From Felis catus (Eukaryota), in the NCBI RefSeq assembly GCF_018350175.1, contig NC_058368.1, positions 195,984,001 through 196,048,000 on the forward strand: a stretch of DNA of 64,000 nt, read 5' to 3'. Position numbers and translations under genes: made by a program. Under the pieces are notes generated by a model, which worked only from the letters and a program-made list of their open reading frames with translations, had not been told where the DNA came from and searched no databases. Of this stretch, positions 25,601 through 36,312 are shown in pieces. Positions within the stretch are counted from its first letter, which is position 1. Every line of letters begins with the position of its first letter.

Positions 25601-27883
25601 CCTCTAATGCCAGCTCCCTCAAATCCACATCCCTCATCTGGCCACAGGCTCTAAGGGCACGGAGGCTCGGCAGGCAGGGCTGACGCAGAAGGCAGCAAAC
25701 CTATTGTCCTCTTCTCCGAAAGGGCAACTCTGAGCCCAGGGCAGGGAAGGACTCACCCAGGTCCTACGGCAGGTCAGATGCAAGTCTTGTACTAGGACCC
25801 AGGCATCCAGGCACCTGCCTCCAGCTAAGCCCTGCTCCACCCCAAGGGGTCAATTTCCTTCCTCCCTCTCCTGACCTCCAGGAGTCCAAACAGGGTACCC
25901 AGCTGAGCTGAGCATCAGATGCTCTATGGTCCCCGTGCATACAGATCTGAGGGGCTGCCGAGACCTCCTGAGAGTGGGCCCAGGGAACATGGCCTTGGGA
26001 ACCTCATGTTCTTCCTGCTGTTCCCTGTGTGATGAGGGAAGGACACTGGCTTTTTGGGATCAGATCGGATTCAAATTCTGACTCCAGCATTCGGTGGCCG
26101 CCTGACCCTGGGCAAGTCTCTTCATGTTTCTGAGCTTCAGTTTTCCCAGCTGCAGAATGGGTTAAGATAGGGCCTATGTCCAAAGGTTGCTGTAGGGATT
26201 AGTTGGAAAACATAGGCTGATTCCTTCACTCAGCAGGGAATGAAGGAGCACTGCTGTCTTCTCACCTGCTGGGCTCTGGGGATGATGGACAGCCAGGCGA
26301 GGATGCAGCACTGGCCTCCCCTGACTCCCCGACTGCAGTGCCCACAGCCTGCTTTGTGGCTGCAGGGGAAGGTAGAGGGAGTGAGGGGTGCGGAGGATCC
26401 ATACATTCCAGGGGTCAGAGCATGGAGAGTCAGTTTTGACTGTCCCAGTGATTTAGTGAGTCATGCTGGGGAAATCAGAGTTGCTGATTCTATAGTGGGG
26501 ACATGGAAGCAGCAGAGAGGGGAGGAGCAGCCCAGGAAGACTGGATCCTCATTCCTCTGAAGGCCTTTTTGCCCCGGAAGTCTCCACACCTGGGCTCCCC
26601 ACCTGCAGTCTCTTCCTGTCTCCACCCTCTATGGGGTCTAGTCCATTCTTCTAAAGCCCAGCTTTGAATGTCTTGCTCACTTGCTGAAGGACCCTCCATG
26701 GCCCCCCATTGCTCACAGAACTTAAAAAAGAAACAACAATTGCAAACAAAGGGAAATGCAGATTCAGAGGCAGATCTCATGATTCTTGGCTGAGGGGAAG
26801 GAAAGAGGGCTTCCTGGGGATGATGACGCTTCAGTTGGATTTGAAGGACCTTGATAGGAAGTGCTTGGCATTCTGATGGATGGAAGAAACCATCCATCCA
26901 TCAAGGCCCAGTGAAGGCAAGAAGGCAGGACGATTTGGGGATGAATCTGGAGAAATATGTGGGCCTGGAGAGGCTGAGGCGAGGGTACGTGTGGCAGGGC
27001 AGAGGGGGGTAAGGCTGGAAGACCAAAGTGTCACAGGCTTCACTTGCCTGGACTCTCCTCCTGGCTTGAGAGGTGATGTAGAGGGCGGCCCTATGGGACT
27101 AGGGGAGCTACTGCAAGGCCGAGTTCTTGGGGTGGGGCTGGGAGGAGAGGATGGGCGGCTGGAACAAGGGCTGGCGTGCAGGGATTCCTGCCAGAGGAAC
27201 ATTTTGGAGCAGTTTCCTCAACACCTGGCACTGCGCCAGGCACATAACAACAAAGATAATAGTTGATGTTTATGACGTGTTTACTATATCAGGTGCTGTT
27301 CCAGACACTTAGTGTGCAGTAACTCATTCCCTCCTCATCACAACCCTATAAGGAAGGTGCTATTATTATCCCCATTTTACAGATAGGGAAGCTGGGCCTA
27401 CGTGACTTGCCAAGCTCACACAGCTAGTAAGTGGATGAGTCAGGGTCCGTCTCCTGATAGTCTAGCCCCAGATATCACTCTTATCCATAAGGCTGTACTG
27501 CCTCAGTAGTGTAATTAATACTGAAAGAATGAATGAATGAATGAGAAGGAAGGAAGGATGGGAGGGAGAGAGGGAGGAGATTATCTCCAACATCTGGTAC
27601 ATTACCTGGCACAGAGTAGCCACTCAATAAATATTTATCAAAATAATGAGTGCGAGGTGACCAAGGCATTAGCTTTACGTGTAGCCTAGGGGCACAGATG
27701 GACTTCTCCTGGGGAAAGGAGTAAGTCAGATCTGGTGCAAAGGGCTCATCTGCCTACCCCACCCCTGCCCGATAGCACCTCAGCATCAGGAGTAGTTTGG
27801 GGGGTCGTGTCTGGCCCATCCAGAGCTGAGTTCCCCCATCACTAGGAAGAGATCTTCTGTTGTCCTCAAGAATCTGAGCTGTT

Positions 27884-28110
27884 GGGGCGCCTGGGTGGCG
27901 CAGTCGGTTAAGCGTCCGACTTCAGCCAGGTCACGATCTCACGGTCTGTGAGTTCGAGCCCCGCGTCAGGCTCTGGGCTGATGGCTCGGAGCCTGGAGCC
28001 TGTTTCCGATTCTGTGTCTCCCTCTCTCTCTGCCCCTCCCCCGTTCATGCTCTGTCTCTCTCTGTCCCAAAAATAAAAAAACAAAAACAAAAACAAAAAC
28101 GTTGAAAAAA
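27884..28110 (+). mobile_element. Young felid SINEC_Fc
   Basis: GGGGCGCCTGGGTGGCGCAGTCGGTTAAGCGTCCGACTTCAGCCAGG head with CpGs intact, (CT)n and A-rich tail; perfect 14-bp TSD AAGAATCTGAGCTG at 27868-27881 and 28111-28124. Confidence 0.95.
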
Positions 28111-28878
28111 AAGAATCTGAGCTGAGAGTATGTTCCCATCATAGTGCTTCTCTCCAAGGAGGGGATGGGAGCCAAGGTGGGGGGTTTCTTCCTTATGGTT
28201 CCAAAGGGAGAATCCCAAGCCCCCCAACCTCTAGAACAGCTGGGCATGAGGAAGCCCAGCATTCATGATTATCTTGCTTTATGTTCTTGGAAGAGTCACT
28301 TCCTTCCAGTGGGGCCTCAGTTTCCCCAGCTCAAAAGGCCTTGGGCAGAGTGGTCATGGGGGTATTCACAGGCAAGATTGAAACTATCCCTGAATTCACC
28401 CTGTCCCATCATTTTCCAGTGATTGAAGTCAGCTCCAGAGAGATATGCAAGTAGTGGCCACACATTACCGACTGACCCCTCCTTCCAGTGCTGCAGGACA
28501 GATTGACCAATCCTGGCCTCCTTCCTGCCTGCCTCAGCCTCCAGCTATCACTGCCCTGGCTGCCCAGCCTGCTGTGACCTCTCTTCCTTCCTCCCTACGT
28601 CTCTCCTCTCCTCTGTTCCCGTCCGCCTCCTGGGGCAGATGGAGCCAGGGTCCAGTGGGCATCACGTGAAGCTGGGTAGGGCGGGGGGAGTTCAAGAGGC
28701 ATCAGGAAACGATCGCTTGGCAGGAGGTGAGGGGCTGGGAAGAGGTCCCCAAGCTGGGCTCGCTGGGTGTTCTCAGGAGAGATGAGTGTCAGCCAGGCCT
28801 CAGTGCAGCCTCACAATAACTGGGCCAGTCACATCGTCTCCCTGAATTTCAGTTGCCTTCTTGGGAGAATGGCTACTC

Positions 28879-29100
28879 AGTCATTCATTTATTCATTCAT
28901 TCATTCGACACGTACTCACTGAATGCCAGCTATGTGCCAGCGGCTATTTTAAGCACGGGTGGTACACAGTGAACAAAAAAGAGAAAAACCCTGCCCACGT
29001 GAAGCTCACATGTTAGTTGGGGTGGATGGATGATAAATAAATAAGAAACTATGTCAGATGGTGATAAGTACAATGGAAAAATAATTAAGCAGGAAAGAGA
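28879..29100 (-). mobile_element. L2 3' fragment
   Basis: (ATTC)n followed by ctgaatgccagctatgtgccag...acagtgaacaaaa. Confidence 0.75.
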
Positions 29101-30580
29101 ACCAGGGACTGCAGTGTATTATTAGGACAGAGAAAACAGTGATATTAATGTGAAAAACCTTGACAGACGCCATTCTGTGTTTTTATGGCATATGTATTTC
29201 AAGTTCACAATTACGTTAAATTCTCATATGCAATTATAAATACATAAAATCAACATTAGGTGGCAAACTCGGGAACGTAAGCCTGCAAACCTCTGGGAGA
29301 TTTATTTCTTATGCTGATATTCTGATTGTGCAATTGTTTATTTCATCTTATGAACACATCTGCCGTTTAGGGTTGAGTATTTTTATAATCCTGGATATAC
29401 AAATATGATTTTGCATGTTAGCATTATCTCTTTGAAAAACATTGTTTTCCAAATTCATTAAACTGAGAGTATCTCCTCGGTGTAAAACACCTGCTATGCA
29501 ATGAACTTGAGGATTATAATGATGATGTCATAGAGTTGTGAAGATGGAGTCAGGTGATGTGCATAAGTACTTGATGAGATGCAGCTATTGTTAGAATTAT
29601 TTTTGGCAAGGGGTGACTGGGGATATAATCAGAATAAAAGCTACCATTTATTGAATATTGACTATGTGCTGGGCACTGAGCTCATACATTATAGCAATTG
29701 TGATCTTATTTATTCCCCATAATAACTACCTACTAGTGGTAGGCAGCAGGTACCTACTACTATTCCCATTTAACAGATGGGGAAATAGAGGCTGGGAGTA
29801 TGAGTCTACCCATGATTCCAGAGCAGGAAAACAACAAGCCAGGACTTGAGGGTGCCTGGGACCTGAGCTGGCCATCTGGGGGTTCTCTGAGGGTCAGTGC
29901 AAAGAACCCTTCATACTGGCCATGGCTCTGCCATGCCCTCTGTGACCTGCGCCACACGTCTCCACTCCCAGGCCTTGAGGACCCACAACCGGACAAGTAC
30001 AGGGCTGGGCTTGGGGTCTCCAAGTGCCCTTCCAGCTCTGGATCACCCATGAATCGCAGCACCCAGGATGCTGGAGGATTCGAGCCCGTTCCAAATGGAC
30101 TTGCCAAATCCAGCCTGCTCACAAAATCAGCCAAGTCCCATGCACGTCACATCTATTTCTGCCCTGCTGGGTTTATAAATATGTGGGCCAGGGAACCAGC
30201 TTCGGCAGAACCGGAGAGACTGAAGTCATGGCTATAAATACAGGACCAAGGCTTTCTGGGGTCAGGTGGGGGATGCCGCAGGGTCAAGGCCAGCCTGAAA
30301 AACCACACCCCAGAGGTCCTACATGCAGTTCTGTCTCCTGGAAACCCAAGAGAATGGCGGCCCCAGGAGCAGGGACTTGCTCAAGGCCACAGGGGCAGTG
30401 AGAGTCAACGGTGGGCTTGGAGCATGGGTCTCCCAGCTCTGAGTAGAGGCTGTTCCTCACGCCACCTACCATCCACGCTCATAAGTGCCCCCTCACCCCG
30501 CCCTGAGGGGTCACCTGGGAGAGCCCAGTTTGCACAAACACATGATATTATAATTTAAGTTTATAAAATAAGCTTCTACT

Positions 30581-30742
30581 GGGGTGCCTGGGTGGCTCAG
30601 TTGGTTGGACGTCCGGCTCTTGGTTTCGGCTCAGGTCATGACCCCGCGGTTCGTGGGTTCGAGCGCCACGTCAGGCTCTGCGCTGGCAGCGTGGAGCCTG
30701 CCTGGGATTGTCTATCTGTCTCTCAAAATAAATAAACTTAAA
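30581..30742 (+). mobile_element. SINEC (Fc2-like) with shortened CT linker
   Basis: GGGGTGCCTGGGTGGCTCAG head; 15-bp TSD AAAATAAGCTTCTAC at 30565-30579 and 30743-30757. Confidence 0.92.
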
Positions 30743-30974
30743 AAAATAAGCTTCTACGAACAACATACTGCTTTTTATCTGTGGGATGTATTGGGGTTCT
30801 TCAATTTTTCATTTGAGAAAGTTCTATGACTAAAAATTGAGGAAATTACTAATGATACCTACCTCCCCCTCGATGAGACCCTTCCCCATGCAGACAGGGG
30901 GCCCAGCCACGTGCTGAAGCCTGCCATTCTGACCCAACAGTCACCTGTGTGAATTTCTTCCCAAGTCTGCACTC

Positions 30975-31149
30975 AGAGATATCACTTTGATAGCTCAAAA
31001 TTGGCCATGGTGGGAGTTGTTACACCATAGAGATGGGTGGGTGCTACAGATCAGGCTCCCCTCCCCTCCGCCATCGCCCCCCCCCCCCCCGCTACCTCCC
31101 ACCCCCACCCCAGAGAGCCAGTTGTTAAACATTTAGCAGCACACTACTT
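30975..31149. mobile_element. MER63-like hAT fragment
   Basis: ggccatggtgggagttgttacaccatagag and cagagagccagttgttaaacatttagcagcacactact match the recalled MER63 end. Confidence 0.7.
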
Positions 31150-31328
31150 GTTAAGACCATAGCTGGTGAATCCCTACTGTGCCTGTTTCCTGGATGGCTG
31201 AACTTGGGGGGCCGGTTATCTTACCACTGCGAGCCTCCATTTTTCCATCTGTAAAGTGGGAGCCATAACCACACCTGCATCATACCTACCGTGAAGGCTA
31301 AATGAGCTTGTACCCCTAAGGGTAAGCA

Positions 31329-31501
31329 CAGCGGTTTCCAAACTTGTCTGCGCGGTAGAACCCCCGAGGATTTTTTACACACGCCAAAGGCCCAGCCATA
31401 CCCCAGGCCACTTCAATTACAACCTATGGAGGTAGGCACCAATGTACTATTTTGAAGCTTCCCAGGTGATTCCAATATGCAGTCAGGGCTGGGAACCACT
31501 G
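31329..31501. mobile_element. MER5A1-like MITE
   Basis: Terminal inverted repeats CAGCGGTTTCCAAAC and GGGAACCACTG; internal aagcttcccaggtgattccaatatgcag. Confidence 0.8.
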
Positions 31502-32084
31502 GCTCACATTGCCTGCCTCTTTGTATGTACTTAGCAGCTATCCAGGAACCAAGAGAGAGAAGGGGGCAGTGATGGGGTCGTTTGTTTGTTTGTTTGTTCT
31601 ATTTAAAGGCCCAGTCTGCCTAAAGTGTGCAGGAGATGCTGTTTCCAGGGACCATGGAAGGAGGGCCTTTGCCCTCTCCCTTCCAGATGTGCTCTTGGAC
31701 CCCCCACACCCTCCACAGCAGAGGGGCACAAGCCTATAAACCCCAAGGGGGCCTCACTTCATTTGGTACTTAGCTGGCCAGCCAGGAGATAGGCAGGCCC
31801 CAGCCCGGCCTCTCCCGCCCTTCCTAGAGACAGTTAGGCTGGCTTTTCTCAACCCACAGGCCAAGGATCCACGAAGCTTGGCCTAGCCTGGGAGACAGCA
31901 AGCTGCTGGCTTGAAAGACTCAGATTAAGAATAGAGCTATAAGAGCCGATGCCAAGGGCTTGGGGCCTCAGCCCAGCTTTTCCATGGACCACCACCAACG
32001 AAAATCAGTGGCAAAAATAATCATAATAGTGGCCAATATGTGTTGGATTCTTCCTATGCACTAGGAGGTACCACATAAGCACCT

Positions 32085-32415
32085 TGACAGACAGTCTGAT
32101 CCAGGGGACGCTAGCCGTGTGCGTTACTTGCACTCGAGATGTGGCAAGTTCAGATTGAGACGTACTGTGAATAAAGGATAGCATCGGATTTCAAAACTTT
32201 CGTCCCCGAAGAAGAATGTAAAATGTCTCACTGATAACTTTTTAAAGATTTATTTCGTGTTAGGACGATGCTATCTTGGTTTTAAATAAATGTGTTATTA
32301 AAATAAATTCCACGAGGTTTTTTTTCCCCCCCACCTGCTTCTTTTTACTTGTTTAGGGTGGCTGCTAGACAATTTGAAATGACATGTACTCACGTTATTT
32401 CAAAACGGTGCTGGC
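32085..32415. mobile_element. MER33-like hAT-Charlie element
   Basis: AT-rich body with tagcc..gtg, gatttcaaaactt, aatgtaaaatgtctcactgataac and gtggctgctagacaatttgaaatgacat, recalled as MER33 hallmarks. Confidence 0.7.
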
Positions 32416-32577
32416 ATAGAGGTCAGGAGGGCATACTGCCTAGGGCCACAGTCCTGGGCTTCACATTCTATTCCGTACTCTGCCACTTACCAGCTGTGAG
32501 ACCTTAGGCAAGTTCTATAACTCTATGCCTTGGTTTCCTCATCTGTCAAATTAGGGTAATAATAGTACCTACCTCTT

Positions 32578-32798
32578 TTTTTTTTTTTCAAAATTTTTTT
32601 TAAGTTTTATTTATTTATTTTTGAGAGAGAGACAGAGAGAGTGAGTGGGGGAGGCGCAGAGAGAGGGATAGAGAGAGTTCCAAGCAGGCTCTGTGCTGTC
32701 GAGCCCAACGTGGGGCTCGAACTCATACACCATGAGATCATGACCTGAGCTGAAACCAAGAGTCGGACTCTTAACCGACTGAGCCACCCAGGCGCCCC
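32578..32798 (-). mobile_element. SINEC (Fc2-like) inserted into a MIR
   Basis: 17-bp TSD AATAGTACCTACCTCTT at 32561-32577 and 32799-32815; MIR core sequence precedes it and MIR-like sequence follows. Confidence 0.93.
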
Positions 32799-32924
32799 AA
32801 TAGTACCTACCTCTTACACTTTGGTGTGGATTCAGTGTCTTGGTACAGAGAAAGCGCCCATGAAAAATCAGCTATCAGGGGACCATGTGGCACACAGCTA
32901 AATGATTTCCTGGGATTATCTCAT

Positions 32925-33085
32925 GCCACCGTAGGGGCTGAGCTCCCTGTCACTGGCAGTGAACAAACAGAGCCTGGAAGACTCCTTGGCAGGCTGCTCT
33001 AGAGGTAGTCAAGAAATTGAATGTGGGTCAGGGAGGCATTGGATGAAGTGGTCTTTGAAGATGGCTTCCAGTGCTGACACTGCTC
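32925..33085 (+). mobile_element. L3/CR1 3' end fragment
   Basis: gagctccctgtcactggcagtgaacaaacagagcctgga...ggcttccagtgctga. Confidence 0.5.
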
Positions 33086-34201
33086 TGTGCTGCTGTCTGT
33101 CCCTTGCTTAGTGTTTTCCATTCATCTCTTCTCCACCATATCCTTTTCATTCAACCCAACTGAATTTTCATTCAACCCAACGGAATTTAATGAGCATTTA
33201 AAGGTGCCACCAGGGGCCAGCCGGACACTGGGGGGTGTGGGGGGGAAACCAAGGTAAGCAGATGGGGCTCCTGCCTTCAAGCAGTCCAGCATGGGCAAGA
33301 GGACATGAGGCAGTGGCTTGGATATTTATAACACAAGGTAGGAGGGGACAAGGGCTGTGAGCAGTTACCTAGCCTCTTTAAGCCTCAATTTTCCATCTGT
33401 AAAATGGAGCCAATGACAGAACCACCTCCTAGGACTTGTGAGGATTACATGAAATCATATGGGAGAAGCACTTAGCACCATACCAGGCACAGGGACAAGT
33501 CCAGGAAGTGTTGGTCATCGTTCTGGTCCTACAAGCGCTGGCACGGTGTCAGCTTTGCTCACTGCCATTCATTCAATCATTCACTCAGCAAGCAGTTTTT
33601 AAACATGTGCTGTGAGCCAGGGCTGCTCTGGGAGCTGGGAGTACAGCGGGGACAAGTCTCCTGGACTTGGAAATGCTGAGGGCAGGGCATGGTAGGACAC
33701 ACGACAAAGTAGTAGTTGAATAAATAAGCCAGGTAATTGCAGATCATGGAAAGCACTCTGTAAGGGATAGAGGGACGAGGCACGCTCCCTGCTCTAGTGC
33801 AGGAGCTATCATCCCTAGGACCTACTGTAATGCCTGGCACCTAGTAGGTGCTCACTAAATGCATGTAGCACAGATCTCAAATGAGAGACACGATAGGGTG
33901 TGGGAAAGGGGTGGACTGGTTCCGCCTGGAAACTTTCTCTGACGGGGGTGGGGAATCAGATTGTCAGTTCATCAGCGACCTGGCGGTACAGGGAGGTGGG
34001 CACCTAGGGTTGGAGACCTGGGTTCAAGCTAAAGTTATGATCTGCCATCTCCTGTGAGCCACTGACTTCAGGCAAGCTGTTTCTCCTCTCTTGCCTCAGT
34101 TTACCCCTCTGTCAAGTGAAGAGGTTGAACAAGACACTTGCCAAGAGTTCCTTCAACTCTGGTAAGTCTGTGGATCTATCTTACCAAGATTCTGTGTCTT
34201 G

Positions 34202-34413
34202 GGGGCGCCTGGGTGGCTCATTCCATTAAAGGCCTGACTCTTCATTTCGGCTCAGGTCATGATCTCACGACTCGTGAGATCGAGCCCCGCACCAGGCTCT
34301 GAGCCGACAGTGCGGAGCCTGCTTGGGATTCTCTGTCTCCCTCTCTCTCTGCCCCTCTCCTACTCAATTTCTCTCTCTCTTTTTCACACATAAATAAACA
34401 TTTAAAAAAGAGA
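34202..34413 (+). mobile_element. SINEC (Fc2-like)
   Basis: GGGGCGCCTGGGTGGCTCA head; 16-bp TSD AAGATTCTGTGTCTTG at 34186-34201 and 34414-34429. Confidence 0.93.
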
Positions 34414-34799
34414 AAGATTCTGTGTCTTGATCCTGGAGGGCAGGGGGTGGGGGAGGGGTTGAGGCTGTGAAGCATGGAGAGACCTGGCTGAGGGAGTGTG
34501 CCCAGGCCTCCCTGGGGACCCCTCAGCTTCAGCCCACCTGTGGAAGGAGCCAAAGGCAGGAGACACTTGTACGCATTGGCCGAATAGTGGGACTGGGAGA
34601 GGGCTAAAGCCCCCATCTGGTTCTTGAATTGCCTTTCCCTCAGGGCCCTGAGCCTCAGCTTGTTCACTTCTGGTATCGGGGGCCTCCCTTTCCCCAGGGA
34701 TGGCTCAGTCTGTCTTGAGCACCCCTTTTCTATAGAGGTGACATCTTCCTTCTAGTAGCCCCTCCACCCCTCCCCACGGATCTCAGCCCCATCGTCTTG

Positions 34800-35200
34800 A
34801 GTATGACAGAACAAGTTCAGCCCTGTTTTCTATCCCACTATTCCACACGGGACAGAATTTTCTGACCCCCCCACCACCACCCCCACCCCATCCTGTGCAC
34901 CCTCCTCTACTGTCAGTCCGGTCTGTCAGACTCTCTGAAGGGAAGGGACCCCAATATTCCAGGAAAACCAAAGCAGCACAAACTGGCAAGCCCATCACCA
35001 CCTCCACTTCGGATACTCTATCATGATCAGTGCAGCCTAGCATCAAAGTGGCCCTTTCGCCCTCTTTCAACAGCGGTATCTCTGCTGGGTCGTACTGTCC
35101 CCACGGATCCCAGAGATCTCTTCCACTTTCATACCGCATCTCCCGCATCCTGTACCTGTGCTGTGGGCATTTCGAGCCCAGGGGAGGACTCCGATGTGTA
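34800..35200 (-). mobile_element. Ancient L3/CR1 LINE fragment
   Basis: Minus strand tgctaggctgcact...gaggtggtgatgg...ctgctttggt...cctggaatattggggtcc resembles the CR1 RT C-terminal region; highly diverged. Confidence 0.55.
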
Positions 35201-36167
35201 TTTCGGTTAGTTTGACCCTCTGTGGAAAGGATTCTCAGGGAGGGATGGAGTCAAGATACAAGAAAATCATAGTCACCACCGACGCCTCCCCCCACCCTGT
35301 CCGGCACATACAGCACATACAGGATGAAATCAAATAATGGACGGGAAACGTGTTTTGTCAACAGTTATCCAAAGCTATCATTAAGGAAACTCAGAACACA
35401 CCGAAGCAAGGGCTGGCGGGCTGAACAAGCGTGAAGTGTGGGGCACTGGAATCCCAGGGCTAGAGAGAGGATGGAGGTCCAGTCTTGGGGGTTGGGGCGG
35501 GTGGGGGAAGGGGAGCTTGGGCAGAAGGTGCTGAAGGAGGAGGCTGGGGGTGCCGAGTCTAACGCTGCTAACGCTGCGAATGCGATTCTTTGTCCGTCTC
35601 CGACCCCCGCCTCTCCTCTCCGCTGATGCCTTGGCTCGCACACATGGAGGCACCCCAGCCCTGCTGCCTCTGCGCTCTGTCTCCAAGGGCAGGACGCTTC
35701 CCTTCCCTGGGCCGGAGGAAAGGGCAGCCTCGGGGTGCTGCTTCACACTGCAGGCACGGTGGGGGTGAAAGTGCTGAACGCGGTGCCTGGAGCAGAGCCA
35801 CAGCCCAGTGCCCCCCCCCCCCCCCCGCCCCGCGACAGCGTGGGGCAGCGCTTGGCCGATGGGCCCTGTGCTCCGGGGACCTGCTTTGGCGGGGGCGGGG
35901 GGAGGGGGCAGCGTTGGACAAACTGCGTGACGTTGGCTGAGTTCCTTTGCCTCTCTGAGACTGGTTTCCCATATGCAAACCAGGGCTAATTACGGCACCC
36001 ACCTCATCCGGCTGCTGTGTGGATTAAACCAGTTCATGTAAGTAAAGGGCTTCGAGCTCAACAGTAAGTACCCGGTAAGTGTTATTGTGGTTGCAGTGAA
36101 GGGCTGAGCCAGGGGTTCTAGAAACCCTCCAGCTCAGCACCTGCCCTCCAGCCGGAGCTGCTGCACC

Positions 36168-36312
36168 ATGTGCGTGCGTGTGTGTATATGTCTGTCTTGT
36201 GTGTGTGTGTGTGTGTGCTTATCTATCTGTGTGTGTATCTGTGCATGTGTGCGTCTGCATGTGTGTCTGTATCTGCGTGTGTCTGTGTGTGTGTGTGGGT
36301 GCACACGTGTGT
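36168..36312. repeat. Degenerate (TG)n tract
   Basis: Alternating purine-pyrimidine low-complexity sequence; a similar tract lies at about 17700-17960. Confidence 0.9.

Noticed and set aside
25751..25900. Minus-strand donor-like TGG|GTGAGT at 25757/25756 as another SYNPO first exon
   Set aside because: No supporting promoter or acceptor features; isolated donor-like motifs are common.
27884..27965. tRNA-like A/B boxes
   Set aside because: These are the tRNA-derived heads of Can-SINEs, not tRNA genes.
34783..35215. Coding-looking stretch suggesting a processed pseudogene
   Set aside because: Better explained as a diverged L3/CR1 fragment; no poly(A), TSD or recognisable parent gene.
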